In this document: piece by piece, positions 23,762-36,771 of the stretch
How positions within the stretch are numbered: position 1 is the first letter of the stretch
Layout: each line of letters opens with the position of its first letter
Source: Eukaryota sp. GEM-RC1
Taxonomy: Eukaryota
DNA: 64,000 bases
NCBI GenBank assembly: GCA_040285855.1
Contig: JAUFOQ010000002.1
Location: 3,472,001-3,536,000 of the forward strand
Direction: 5' to 3'
The notes under the pieces: generated by a model
The model's input: the letters and a program-made list of their open reading frames with translations, nothing else
What the model was told of the DNA's origin: nothing
The model's database searches: none
Program-made: the position numbers and the translations under genes

Positions 23762-26400
23762 TTTATTCGGTACCCAATAAGATAACCTTCCTACAAAACT
23801 ATCAAATTGTAAAAACAAACAAATAATACTAAGATTGAATCCAAACGACTTCATCACCACCCGGTAAAAGATTACGTTTTTCAACATTAACCTTCACACC
23901 AAACTTGTACAATTTCTCAATAAAAATGTTTTTTCCTTCAAAGATACTTAAAATCTAAAGACGTAAACAAAATTAACAGTTTCTCAATTAGTCGAGAGAA
24001 ATAGAAAGGCATTTTCCGATATATGGAAAACAATATACGGTTTTTCCATTCAGCCATTCTAAACTTACGCTTCTGTTCTTTACACAATTCTTCGAAATCC
24101 TTGAAAAATTGATCACCAGCAGGACTAATAGATCCAAAAAGAGAAACAGCAAAAGGTTGAAACACAAATTTGGAATATGAGTTTCTATTTAGTTCTTCTA
24201 CTTGAGAGTCATACTTGGAGTGTTTGAGCTTTTCAGCTGCTGTTAATGGATTAAAAGAAGAATCTAATATCCTACTAACACAAGATTTGTTACATACATC
24301 TACTGTAGTAAAATCCATTAATGATTGACTCGATTTAAGCCACGGAGTATGTAGATCCCCTCTTTTTTGATTAGTAAATTCATTTTCTGAAAGATGATTC
24401 AAAACTGGTTCAACTTTAGAGTGAAAACCATGTGCTTTAAACATGGAATAACAAGAATCACGTACACCATCATGAATTACTGCATGGAGACGAATAAAAT
24501 AACGACAATTAATTAAATGACGAAAAACACCATTAGCTCCACAAGAGCAAGTTGAATAGTTTAATAACTTTGCAGGCCAAATAGCCAAACGAAGACGCAT
24601 ATTGATCATCCAAGCTTCATCAGATAGATGTAATCCATACACCTTAGGAACTCGAGAAATAAATCCAGAAGGTCCACTATTGCAAAGGTCCATTAAAAAG
24701 CAGCGAACTCGGGACTATTAGTTTTAGCCAAGCTAATACAATTATTAAAGTTCAAGAGTTCAAACTCCTTTATCAATTTATTTTGCAGCTTACATACAGC
24801 AGACGGTAGAGATGAAATATTTTTAAAGGAGTCTCCTTCAAATGAGCAGGGAACAAAGATTCCCACATTTCAGGAGACAAAGATGCTACCAAATCTTTAG
24901 CAGATTGAATCCAACGACAATTACTGGAATTCAACAGATTGATTCCATCCAACGGAAACCATTTCAAAAATTCAAACATAAAATTCTTAACACCTCCTAA
25001 AAAAGCAGATTTTCTAATGATTTTTGCATGGGTGAAATCTACCCCTGCGAATTCAGATGAATACAAATAATGAAATGGAATTTTAGACTCATCAATTTCA
25101 GATAAGTTAGAGAGAAAATTTGTTCTCATAGAATTAAATTTCTTGGCAAATGTTTCAGTAAAGGAATAGTCTAATGAACGTAAAGAATGATTAATTTTCC
25201 CGGAAGAACAGACCTGAAGCATAGCAAAAGAAACATGTTTACTCACATCTAAAGATAATATTTGATATAGTTTTTCTTCAATTGTAGTTAATGAACCCTC
25301 CAATTCTGAATGAATTTTCTCATAATTTACCTAAAATGTGCCAAGGAAACGAAAACATTGAGTAGAATAATCGATGATAGGAATATTACAAAAACAAAGA
25401 TTAGAAACATTCGAAGACTTAACAAGAAGAAAACACTTATCAAAAATAATGGTTAAACCAATACTCAAAGAAAGTTCAATGAAAGGTGAAAAACACTTTT
25501 TGAGAACGTCATCTGGAGCGATCAGCGAAGAATCATCAGCATAAGCACAAATGTTAACAGTTGGAAATTCTAATTGTAAGATTTTAAATAAATTTTGCAG
25601 AGAGACAAAACAAAAAAGGACCCAAAGGATCACCTTGCTTAACCCCTCTAGTTGATTTAATATCAAACTTGTGAAAAATTAAATTCGACGCTTTACCATA
25701 AAAAAGATTAAAATAAGGAATCAACTGAGGAAAAAATTCAGAAAGTTCGTCAGATATAGTTTATCTTAAAACACAATTAAATGCATTTCTAAAATCAATG
25801 TTCAAAATGACATTTTCCTCATTTGAAATGAAAAAGAAAATCAGAGGTTAAAGCAGCACACGTAGTACCATCAGGAACTTCAACTGCAAATTGAAAAGGT
25901 CTAAAGAATTCAACAGAGAAATCTCTGACTCTTCTAAAACACAAAGTTGAAGAATACGAGAAATTGTTTCACCCACTGCAATTGGTCTAACACCACCATT
26001 TGGTTTGTTTAAAGCCACTAATCCAGAAGAGCAATGAGCATGAGGTAATTTTTTGGTGCATAATACTTCATCACTAAAGAAATCAGCAAGATCTTCACGA
26101 ATTTCAGGAACAGCATTAACGACAATTTTAAAATGATCAAAACTCATACCAAAAGGACCAGCAGCATGACCAGAAGAGGATGACGAAATTAATTGTATAA
26201 TGTCATCAACTAAAACAGATTTGTTAGTCCAGTGCGACATAGAAAGCTCACCAAAAACCGGATCACCTGAAATTTCTTCAAAAGGGTGTATTTGGTTTAG
26301 TTTTTCAACAGTTTCAACAGCAACTTCAGCTGGAAGTGTGTGATTAAGGGAAAATAGAGAATTAAAGTAGAATCTATGTGGAAGAAAACTGTGTTTTCGA
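23762..26400 (-). mobile_element. RLE-type (CRE-like) non-LTR retrotransposon family A, longest copy, 5'-truncated and frameshifted
   Basis: RT motifs AAGPFG, NKPNGGVRPIAVGE, IDFRNAFN, QGDPLGP, AYADD and FRFLG; zinc knuckle CSCG..HLINC; HDGVRD; RLE motif RGDL..DFT; conserved 3' UTR. Confidence 0.9.
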
Positions 26401-26483
26401 AACAATATACATACACTTAAATCTCTACATTTATAGATTTTTGATTGATTTACATCTCTAATTCATTAGTAATAGATCATGTT

Positions 26484-26710
26484 AATCGAAATGTGTTTGC
26501 TATTTTTAAATGTATGGTGACTTCTGTGTCCAGCGCTTTACTATCTCTTGGCAGACATTAGGAGGATAAGGTTGGTGAGAATTTCGCCACTTTGCGGATA
26601 TTGAATATTAGATGCATGTTGCAATTTCATAGTTTTGTAGGAAGGTTACCTTATTGGGTACCGAATAAAAAGTTAGGATGTATGTACACTGTACTGTTGT
26701 TGTCAATTCA
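26484..26710 (+). mobile_element. RLE family C 3' end with a family A 3' end (about 26620-26671) inserted in its UTR
   Basis: Family C sequence resumes (GATGTATGTACACTGT) after GGTACCGAATAAAAA. Confidence 0.7.
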
Positions 26711-26779
26711 AATTGTTTATACAAATGTTTTTACAGTTCATGTTCGTGGATAATTGTAATTTTATGAATGAGTTCAAAA

Positions 26780-26878
26780 ATCCAAAAAGGATCGGTTCAG
26801 AACCGGTTCAGTTTAGTAAAGTCTTGAACTGAACTGGATCAATGAACCAGTTCTGAACTGAACCATTTAGCATCCCTA
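26780..26878 (+). mobile_element. Solitary end of the TAGGGATG-type hAT family
   Basis: GAACTGAACC repeats end in CCATTTAGCATCCCTA, as at 784-799. Confidence 0.7.
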
Positions 26879-26995
26879 GAACATTCCTATGTTTGGCTAT
26901 CACCTACAGAGTGACAAAGAACAATAGCCAACCACTTTCAGTCAAAAAAATACAAAAATGACTTCTTCAATTTACATTTTTTCTGCTATGCATAT

Positions 26996-27420
26996 ATTTT
27001 AAAGAATGCTTACTTTGTAACTTCCCCTTTAGACATTTCTGAACAAGCCAAGCAGGATAAGTACAAGAAACCATTGATGGCTTTAAAACATGTAAAACAT
27101 GTTGAGTACGAATTATGCCCTTTTGCTGTTTCAATTTATGGACGTTTAGGAAAAAGTGCATTGAATTTTTTAAACGTTTTCGGAAAAATCGTTAAAAATA
27201 GGATGAACAAACGTTTTGATCATATGTTATGGTTGAATCGGATCGTTTTTACTGTTTTTAAAACAATTCCCCTAATCATCTCCAAAGCTTTATTAGCTGT
27301 GAGTTCCTTTTATGAGGACAAAGCAGTTGTAAGGTTCGATAGCGACGGGTGTTGTTTTAATGATATCAAATTTTAGTTGTTTGATCTATTACATTTATAA
27401 TAAAAGAAAACACTAAAAAA
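26996..27420 (+). mobile_element. RLE family B2 3' fragment
   Basis: Encodes PFAVSIYGRLG...WLNRIVFTVFK...DIKF* followed by an A-rich tail. Confidence 0.8.
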
Positions 27421-27720
27421 AGCTATGCATATTATAATCAGAATTTTAGCATATACCAAAACCTACACCATCTCATCTCATCCATCATCTCCTCTCCTCT
27501 ACAGACAGACTGTTCGGAGGCGACAACACCTAAACACTGCAATAAAAAAAGGACAACAACCATCCACTCTTGTTAAATGTCTTTTCAACTACTGTTACAC
27601 AGTTGTGCAGAGGACGTAACCGCCGTAAAAATGCAAATTATAGAAAAGTGATATGACAATAGTTTTGTACCAATATGATGGTGAGCTACCAGTTCAATCT
27701 CAAACTAGAATTGTTCTTTC

Positions 27721-28726
27721 ATGATCACCATATTCCTGGCTTCCGTTCCTACTCTAGTCCTTATTGCTGTTGGATTCCTGGCTCTTCGATTTAAACTTTT
27801 AGAAAAAGCTTGCGTTACTGACATCAATACTTTCCTTGTCACCTTTTGCCTTCCTGCACTCCTTTTCAGACTCATTATTGAGCTTGACTTTGCAGAAATT
27901 GAACTATCATATCTCTATGCTTCCCTAACTCATCGCATCACTTGTCTTCTCCTCTCTTCTCTATTTGCTCCGCTACTCTCTCGAACGATCTTTCCCTCAA
28001 CTGCCCCCAACCTCATCATCTTTACTTCTTTCAGCGTTCTTTGTTGGACTAATACCATCATCATTGGGTTACCAGTGGCTGAACTTCTTTTGGGGAACAA
28101 TCACTTGATTACCTTGTGATTTCTGGTGCTATGGATTCAATCTTACTACTTCCAATCTCAATACTTCTTCTTAACACTGATGCGGAGCAAAAGTCTAGTG
28201 TTGCTCTAGTCATTGGAAAAACTGTTTTGAAAAGTCCAATTATATTGTCTGTTATTGTCGGTGTTTTAACCAAATTAATTGTTCCACAACAATTTTTAAA
28301 TATTGATTTTATTCATGTTACGTTAACTTATTTTTCAAATTGTGTTACTGGAGGTCTGTTAGTTGTTATTGGAATGTCTTTTTATCTTCAAATCTATAGT
28401 AAAGATGATGATGAATCAGCAAAAGTTCCTTTAGAAGACGATCCAAAAGATTTAAAATTTCTAATTTATTTGTTCTTCCTAAGATTGATTTTGTCCCCTT
28501 TGATTATGGTTTTGATTGGTGATCTTCTTTTCAATTTAAAGGATCAAATTTACGATTACGCTCAATATTCAGTTTCTCTTCCGGTTGCTATTGCCTGTTT
28601 TTCAGTTTCAAAAAGATTCAAAAAGGTACTTCTTCAATTAATTTGATTTTAATAATTACTCATGGAATTATGGTCCCAGTGCTAATAGCAATGTCTTTTC
28701 TTTTTAATTGGAAAATTGAGGAATAA
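27721..28726 (+). CDS. Auxin-efflux-carrier (AEC/PIN-like) family transporter; two homopolymer indels
   Basis: INTFLVTFCLPALLF, NTIIIGLP, LKSPII, LRLILSP and SLPVAI, with many TM segments. Restoring the frame at the G run (about 28092) and the A run (about 28622) gives a stop at 28726. Confidence 0.8.
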
Positions 28727-28975
28727 TTTAATTTTGATGTGTTTCAAAAAGTTACATGTAGGAGAATAATTTATTACATTTTTCTTGAGAATTTGTCTTT
28801 TTGATTATTAATTTTCTTTAAAAGAGATTACAACTGGAACTGATTGAGTTTTTTAAAAAGCTAACCAGCTGATCAAAAATTGGTCGAAATTGGATTATTC
28901 CAAGATTCTAAATTTCTGACATAAACACTATTCAAACAAATTTGAAATTATGAAGCATTCACCATTATAAAGGAA

Positions 28976-29540
28976 TTATGATAAAGGAATTTCATCAATG
29001 ATACTACATCTCCTAGAACTACTCGAAATAACAGAATCTTCATACACTTGGTCCTCAATCATCCGATCCTGATCTTCCCAATCTGGAAGTGGCATCTGAC
29101 TGACGTGGATATAAGCAGAAATACACAGCAGAGGAATGTATAACAAGGAGAAGATGATGGTAAAGACGGTGATGTAGATGAAAAGAGTGGAGTACGGGCA
29201 AACTTCGGGATCTTCTGAACACCTGGTGTGGAAAGACTTGGCATGAGCGTAGACGAAGAGACATAGAAATGTGTGACAAGTTCCAGAGACAGAGAAAGAT
29301 ATAAAAGCATAAAGAGAAAACTTTCGATTGATCGAGCATAGAGTACCAATCAGTAGTGTGAGTAAAGAAAAAAAAGTACATGTAGGCAAGAGCGGTAACA
29401 ACTTCATTGGGAGCAGAGAGAAAACGAGGACCAAAGAAAAGAAACAAACAATAAAGGGGAAGGGCTATCCACGATGTAATGGCAAGATACTTTTGGTGAG
29501 CTTTTGGGGAAAGCTTATCAAGCAATTGAGTTGTAAACAT
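28976..29540 (-). CDS. Hypothetical ~4-TM membrane protein (frameshift near the run at about 29370)
   Basis: Two overlapping hydrophobic ORFs join at a homopolymer. Confidence 0.55.
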
Positions 29541-29656
29541 TGCTCGACAAAAATCAAACAACCCTATTTAACAACAAACTGCGTCCAGGTGTGGACCTCC
29601 ACTTTATTGTATCTACGACAGTACAACTTTCTTTATAAACTGATTGGCTTCTCTGT

Positions 29657-30313
29657 ATGGGTAAGTATTACTGTGAGTTCTGCTCAAAATGGATATCTGA
29701 CACTCCTTTAGAACGTTCCAAACATGAACAAGGTTCTTTTCACAAACATAGCGTAACTCTATCTCTCCAAGAAAAGAAAAAAGTCTGCTATCCCATCCAC
29801 TTCCTCAAAAAAAGGTCAACCATCTGCTCCCAATCAAAAGTTGCGACCTCAATCTAGTACATTTGTAGACATGGCATTCTTCAAGAATAAGCTTACTAAA
29901 ATAGCTGAATCTGATCCCAATCTCACCATTACTCGACCTCTTGATTCTTCTCACATCTCCTCCTACAAGAGATTTCACTCTGTGGAGCAAGTACAACAAC
30001 AAAGGATACCTCTCTCCTTCTAGATTGGGAAGAAGTGAAGGCCAAAGCTAAAGCTGAACAAGAAGTAGTTGGAGATGTGGGTAGCTGGACAGAATTAGAG
30101 CCTAAGATAGAAGAGAGTGAGGAGAAGATAGGTGATGAGAAGGAAGAGGAAGTGACCACGTCAGTTGTTTTGAGTGATTCAGAAGAAGAAGAAGAAGGTG
30201 GTCAAAAGACAATGTTGAGTGTTTTAAAGGAGGTGCCTGGTAGTCAGTCTCAAGAAGTGTTTAAACGACGTGTTGGGGGTGGTGTTGGACGGAAACGGTC
30301 AAAAAGAATGTGA
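29657..30313 (+). CDS. U1/matrin-type zinc-finger protein (WBP4/FBP21-like N-terminus); two indels
   Basis: MGKYYCEFCSKWISD...HEQGSFH, with a C-terminal GDVGSWTE and FKRR. Confidence 0.7.
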
Positions 30314-30847
30314 TTTGTATTTTGATTGTTGATTGCAATCATTTTGTTCATAATTAACTGATCACTTTGTACTTAGTAAAGGGATCTGTTGTGCTTTAGA
30401 TTTCAGGATTTCTTTGTTTTTGAGAAAAAATGACGTGATCCTAATTATTTATTTTTTAACAATTATGAGCTACCTTATCCAGGGTATACCCCCGGATGGG
30501 AGAATCTCAATACTGAGGATGCAGTTTTTAGAATCCTTGATCTGTCGATATTTAAAATTCTCTATCATATTTATTGGTAATTATTCAACCGAGATTCTAG
30601 TAATTACAAACTGTTTATATCATCCAACTATTGTCACGTTATCATTGTTACGCTAATATGACAACACATACACAAGATTCTATGTACCGCCAAGATTGAA
30701 AATTTTCAAAATATTTCGAAATAATACGTAGTTTTGTTACATTCAATACCATCTGAATACCCTACAAAAAGCCCTTCTAAATACACATCAGTATCAGCTA
30801 GCCGTTTGGCAGAGGTTTGGTAGCAAAAGGATCAAAGTATGAGTCCC

Positions 30848-31021
30848 AAAGCATCTCAAAAATGTATCCGAAAAGTAAAAAGCATTTCAAAAATGTATCC
30901 GAAAAGTAAAAAGCATTTCAAAAATGTATCCGAAAAGTAAAAAGCATTTCAAAAATGTATCCGAAAAGTAAAAAGCATTTCAAAAATGTATCCGAAAAGT
31001 AAAAAGCATTTCAAAAATGTA
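30848..31021. repeat. 31-bp minisatellite, about 5.6 copies
   Basis: Unit AAAGCATTTCAAAAATGTATCCGAAAAGTAA; copies are nearly identical. Confidence 0.95.
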
Positions 31022-31327
31022 AAAGATGTGTTTAGGATAATCAATCTTTTCAATTCAGGTCTTGATTCAAAGAGAGTACTTACAGTCGCTTAATGAAATA
31101 GTAGTACTCTACATTCTTTCAAATAATATCTAAACTGAATTCCAACAATGAGATTCAAAACAATCAAAAATGATTGACTTTGAGACAATCTTTGTTCGAA
31201 CTTTGATGATTATGATGACCTTGATACTAATCAGGATAAGTGTTAGCCAATCAAATCACGTCATCAAACAAGACTGCAGCCTCAACAAATTGTAATAGAT
31301 ACTTGGACAGTAATGTTAATTGAATAC

Positions 31328-32312
31328 TCATTGAAATTTAAATCTTGAGAAATAACTGTCGAGGGTTCCAAAGGACATTGTGTCATCAATCAAAAAATCC
31401 GGATTGTCAGCTTCTTCAAAATTTAAAAATTTACCATTACTTGCAATTACTTTAAAATATTTGGCCACTTCAACAGGAGATTTTAAAATTGAAAACACCA
31501 AGTGATCTAGAGTTTCAGCCCAACTTAGGGAGAAACGACACGTTGCAAAAGGCTCAAAAAGAGTCAGAGATTTGAAATTTTCCATATCTGAAATTTTAAA
31601 TATAGTAGAATTAATCCAAACAGAAGCTCCGGTCAAGGTGGCAAATTTGTTCAACATTACAACAAAATGATTCAGCAGCACCATTTTTGGAGGTAGTAAA
31701 GATGAAGAATTCGACATCTCCAAATTAAGAGATTCAAATCCATTTAACATTACACATGCTGGTTTCAAACTCTTGCAAATTTTCAGTATTTCAAATAATT
31801 CTAAAACTGATTGAGGACGATAAACTGTCAATCTCTTCATCACAGAACATACGGCAGCTTTAGAAGTAGCTGCCCTTAGACAAGAACTAATTGAAGTGAA
31901 GACATCGGAGGAAGAAAAGGAGTCGTTCATGTCAATGAGTACACATTGGGCAGCGAGACCACCAAAAGCTTTAGGAACAAGAAGAGAGGAAAGAAGGTGA
32001 ATGGAGAAACGAGACAGGAGGGGGAGAGAATGGGGGGAAGATACATTCAGTGATACAGCCAAAGACCAATGATGGTGATGAAGAAGGTGAAAAGATGGGA
32101 AAAGGTTTGTTGAGGGAGTTGTGGAGTTTGGATGCAGAAGAAAAGGAAGGAACAACTGTTGGAAGATGAGATAGTATTAGTTGTTGCAGTTCGTGTGGTG
32201 AAGATGAAGGGTAAAGAGTAGAAGAAAGAAATGTAGGGGCATGAAGTAGGAGATCATTGAGAGTTTTGATGTTACCAGTAGGCTTGAGTGCTGTTGGTAG
32301 AGGTTTAAACAT
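31328..32312 (-). CDS. Divergent RAD51 paralog (RecA fold); one indel near 32035
   Basis: GCITEC, LLVPKAFGGLAAQCVLIDMNDSFS, LTVYRPQSVLEL and Walker B-like CVMLNG. Confidence 0.65.
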
Positions 32313-32429
32313 ATGTAGACCAATCTAGATGGAGACTGACAAACAAGCCAATATCAAATCTCGGATTGATCTTCGATCAGTTTCTTCATCAAGACTTTCC
32401 AAGTTTATCCGAGTTGTTTCTAGACCAGC

Positions 32430-33605
32430 ATGCTGATTCTAAAGTTTCTCTTTCATCGATGCTTCTCGTCCAATAAGACCTTCATCTTCCCTATGCACTT
32501 AGCATTACTTCTTGCAGGGAGTGGAGGCCTCGTAGCTGCCTATCATTCGTTAACAAATGAAGACACCAAGTTTCTCAACTTCATGATGTTTTGGAGCCTG
32601 TCTGCCCTGTATTTCCTGATGATCTATGGAAAGAAGTCCATAAAAGATATGTTTGGCAACATGACTCCATCCTTACGGATATTGGCATTGCTGTCCTATG
32701 TGATTGTCTACGTCACCTTGTTTCCCTACTTCTTTATTTTGCTGTTCCACTTCATTGGTTACTTGTTGGCCTTTCCGATTTCTCTTGTGATTAGAGAATT
32801 TGACGTCTTTGCTGGCAGTCCAAAGTGTTTAGAAGTGCCAAACCGTTTCTGTGGGATCTATCAGGACGTTGCGTGGGAGAGTCTTCATCCAGATATCATT
32901 CTTCAATGCATCTTCCTGATTATGTACTTTTTCCAGTATTTGCCACTGTTCTTTGGTGTTTGTGGAATGGTTATACGTCATGCCGTCGTCTCCCCCTTCA
33001 TTTACTACTTCAACCTGGTAAAGAAAACCACTCTAGCTCAGTTTGATAAGTCCCCAGTTGCCTTTTGCCTGTTACCTTTCTCAATCTTGTGGAAGAACGA
33101 CAAGGATGCTCATAGGTTTGTCTGCGGTGTACAAACTTTCGGTCTTTTCATGTTGGCTCTTCCAATTTGGGGTGGGCATGAAAGTCGACATGGTATCACT
33201 TTGGCTATGGCGATATTGGTGTTAATGAACAGTGTTCGTTTTAGACTTCTAGCAGCAGTAGAACTTGAAGAAGAAAAGGATCAACGGATGTCAACGTTTT
33301 CTTGGTGTCAGTTCATTTTGATTACTTACTTGTTTGGTGGGTTTATGTTATCGGAGTATTTTGGAAGAGGAATCGGTTTGTTAGGCAGGAAATATTTTGG
33401 AAATTGTATTTTTGATCGACTGTGTGACTCCGATGTTACACCGTATTCAATTTTTACAAACTTATTGGGATTCGTTGTTGCGCTGGGCTTCATTGTTGCT
33501 TTAGCGATGGCGGTCTTTTGCTTCTTAGAATCTATGCAAGCTTTGCTGAATGCCACAAGCAATACAGTGACTTCAAGGAACAGGAAACGCCGGAAACTTC
33601 TATGA
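32430..33605 (+). CDS. Hypothetical multi-pass membrane protein
   Basis: Uninterrupted 391-codon ORF with many hydrophobic segments; family not recognised. Confidence 0.7.
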   Translation: MLILKFLFHRCFSSNKTFIFPMHLALLLAGSGGLVAAYHSLTNEDTKFLNFMMFWSLSALYFLMIYGKKSIKDMFGNMTPSLRILALLSYVIVYVTLFPYFFILLFHFIGYLLAFPISLVIREFDVFAGSPKCLEVPNRFCGIYQDVAWESLHPDIILQCIFLIMYFFQYLPLFFGVCGMVIRHAVVSPFIYYFNLVKKTTLAQFDKSPVAFCLLPFSILWKNDKDAHRFVCGVQTFGLFMLALPIWGGHESRHGITLAMAILVLMNSVRFRLLAAVELEEEKDQRMSTFSWCQFILITYLFGGFMLSEYFGRGIGLLGRKYFGNCIFDRLCDSDVTPYSIFTNLLGFVVALGFIVALAMAVFCFLESMQALLNATSNTVTSRNRKRRKLL

Positions 33606-34134
33606 AATCTAATGAATTGTACGCTATGCAGACCACAACGTCTTCTGTTTAATTGTTTCTATTGTAATATACAGTTCGGTTTTGAATCTATCAAATGGCT
33701 GTTATTTCTAGTCTTTAAATGTTAACTCACAACATGTTGTTACTCATGACACCGTCTTCAGTACAACAATCTGGTATAGAATGCACAATATCAATACATG
33801 AATCCATTGTTGTCTTCTTGTGACATGTTTGCTGAATGATACTGTACATTTATCTGGTAAAATAATGACTATACGATATAGGGAATAAGATAAGACAGGT
33901 CAAGAACTTCCTGTTGGCTTTGTAGAACTCGATTCTTTTCCTGAAAGAAACGTTCTTTCCAATGTATCTCTTGAATTTTGATTGACTACAGAAGTTAGAC
34001 TTGTACAATTTTGAATATTTGACCAGAATGTTCGACCGCTGAAAAATTTGTAAATTGTTCCAGATAGAGTCTCAGTCTTCAATTTTAGAATCTAGAATTT
34101 TTTGTCCTTTCTAACCATATCAACTAGAAGTTAA

Positions 34135-34712
34135 TTAATAATTCAACAAAACCCGACAGTGATTCTGATTAGACTATCGGTAAAAGAAGAGTTGATGTCA
34201 TCGTTCCATCAGTCAAAAAACTGAACTGACGCATGTTAATGTAATTACTGTGGGTGTTTGCAAAAAACAGTGTATTTAAAGATGAAAACGCTATGAATGG
34301 AGTGTCTCCCCTTGATTTTTCAGAACAATTTAAGAGAAACAAATATGATGTTCCCTTGACTACTCTCAAACATTCTAGACATGTTGAGTTAACTGAACTT
34401 AAGTACAAGTTTTGTCCTTTTGCAATTTCAATTTGAAGTCATCTTGGTAAAGATGATGCTCTTTGTTTTCTCTATGATTTTGAGAATGTTGTCAAAAAAA
34501 ATGAACAAGAAATTGTTTTTAGGTTTTGGTTGAATCGTATTGTCTTTACAATACTCACATTATGATTTCGAAATCTCTATTAGCTCTCATTATTTCAAGG
34601 ACGAAAAAGTTGATGTCAGTTTTTTATGGCAATGACTGTTGCTGTAATGATGTAGAGTTCTAGTTTCTGTACTTATTTTTACTGTTATTGTTCTGTAAAA
34701 TTTCTAAAAAAA
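34135..34712 (+). mobile_element. Decayed RLE family B1 3' fragment
   Basis: Aligns along its length with 4325-4898. Confidence 0.8.
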
Positions 34713-34926
34713 CCAGATTGCATTGCTTCAGTGCAGAACCGTTTGAAGTAACTTGAATTTAAATGAAACTGAGAATCAAGCAGTCATGACGGGTTGAACC
34801 AGACCTGATGAACCTCGACATTACAAATTGAATCAAGGCAGCAAATACAACACTAAATATGCAATTAAAGATGTGATTGACATTCTATGTTACTGATCTT
34901 AGTGCTTATTGAAGATTTAATTTATG

Positions 34927-36771
34927 ACAAGTTTGATATTAAATCAACTAGAGGGGTTAAGCAAGGTGATCCTTTGGGTCCTTTTTTGTTTTGTCTCGCT
35001 CTGCAAAAATTATTTAAAATCTTACAATTAGAATTTCCAACTGTTAAAATTTGTGCTTATGCTGATGATTCTTCGCTGATCGCTCCAGTTGACGTTCTCA
35101 AAAAGTGTTTTTCACGTTTCATCGAACTTTCTTTGAGTATTGGTTTAACAATCAATTTTGATAAGTGTTTTCTTGTTGTTAAGTCTTCGAATGTTTCTAA
35201 TCTTGGTTTTTGTAATATTCCTATCATTGATTATTCTACTCAATGTTTTCGTTTCCTTGGCACGTTTTTGGGAAATTATGAGAAAATTCATTCAGAATTG
35301 GAGAGTTCATTAACTACAATTGAAGAAAAACTAAATCAAATATTATCTTTAGATGTGAGTAAACATGTTTCTTTTGCTATGCTTCAGGTCTGTTGTTCCG
35401 GGAAAATTAGTCATTTTTTACGTTCGTTAGACTATTCCTTTACTGAAACATTTGTGAAGAAATTTAATTCTATGAGAACAAATTTTTTCTCTAACTTGTC
35501 TGAAATTGATGAGTCTAAGATTCCATTTCATTATTTATATTCATCTGAATTCGCAGGGGTAGATTTCACCCATGCAAAAATCATTAGAAAATCTGCTCTT
35601 TTAGGAGGTGTTAAGATTTTTATGTTTGAATTTTGAAAAGGTTTCCATTGTATGCAATCAATCTGTTGAATTCCAGTAATTGCCGTTGGAATCCAAAAGG
35701 CTATAGATTTGGTATCATCCTTGTCTCCTGAAATGTGGGAATCTTTGTTCGCTGCTCATTTGAAGGAGACTCCTTTAAAAATATTTCATCTCTACCGTCG
35801 GCTGTATGTAAGCTGCAAAATAAATTGACAAGGAGTTTGAACTCTTGGACTTTAATAATCGTATTAGCTTGGCTAAAACTAATAGTCCCGAGTTCGCTGC
35901 TTTTTTAATTGATCTTTGTAATAGTGGACCTTCTGGATTTATTTCTCAAATTCCAAAGGTGTATGGATTACATCTATCTGATGAAGCTTGGATGATGAAT
36001 ATGCGTCTTCGTTTGGCTATTTGGCCTGCAAATTTATTAAACTATTCAACGTGCTCTTGTGGAGCTAATGGTGTTTTTCGTCATTTAATTAATTGTCGTT
36101 ATTTTATTCATCTCCGTGCAGTAATTCATGATGGTGTACGTGATTCTTGTTATTACATGCTTAAAGCACATGGTTTTCACTCTAAAGTTGAACCAGTTTT
36201 GAATCATCTTTCAGAAAATGAATTTACTGATCAAAAAAGAGGGGATCTACATACTCCGTGGCTTAAATCGAGTCAATCATTAATGGATTTTACTACAGTA
36301 GATGTATGTAACAAATCTTGTGTTAGTAGGATATTAGATTCTTCTTTTAATCCATTAACAACAGCTGAAAAGCTCAAACACTCCAAGTATGACTCTCAAG
36401 TAGAAGAATTAAATAGAAACTCATATTCCAAATTTGTGTTTCAACCTTTTGCTGTTTCTCTTTTTGGATCTATTAGTCCTGCTGGTGATCAATTTTTCAA
36501 GGATTTCGAAGAATTGTGTAAAGAAAAGAAGCGTAAGTTTAGAATGGCTGAATGGAAAAACCGTATAGTGTTTTCCATATATCGGAATATGCCTTTCTAT
36601 TTCTCTAGATTAATTGAGAAATTGTACAAGTTTGGTGTGAAGGTTAATGTTGATAAACGTAATCTTTTACCGGGTGGTGATGAAGTCGTTTGGATTTAAT
36701 CTTAGTATTATTTGTTTGTTTTTACAATTTCATAGTTTGTAGGAAGGTTACCTTATTGGGTGCCGAATAAA
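34927..36771 (+). mobile_element. RLE (CRE-like) retrotransposon family A, 5'-truncated copy
   Basis: GVKQGDPLGPFLF, AYADD, CSCG..HLINC and RGDL; highly similar to the reverse complement of 23762-25672. Confidence 0.9.

Noticed and set aside
29783..29814. Candidate 32-nt GT-AG intron in the zinc-finger gene
   Set aside because: The segment reads through as plausible protein after one A-run correction, splicing leads to an early stop, and it lacks the AY at -7/-6.
30848..31021. CRISPR array
   Set aside because: Head-to-tail identical units with no unique spacers.
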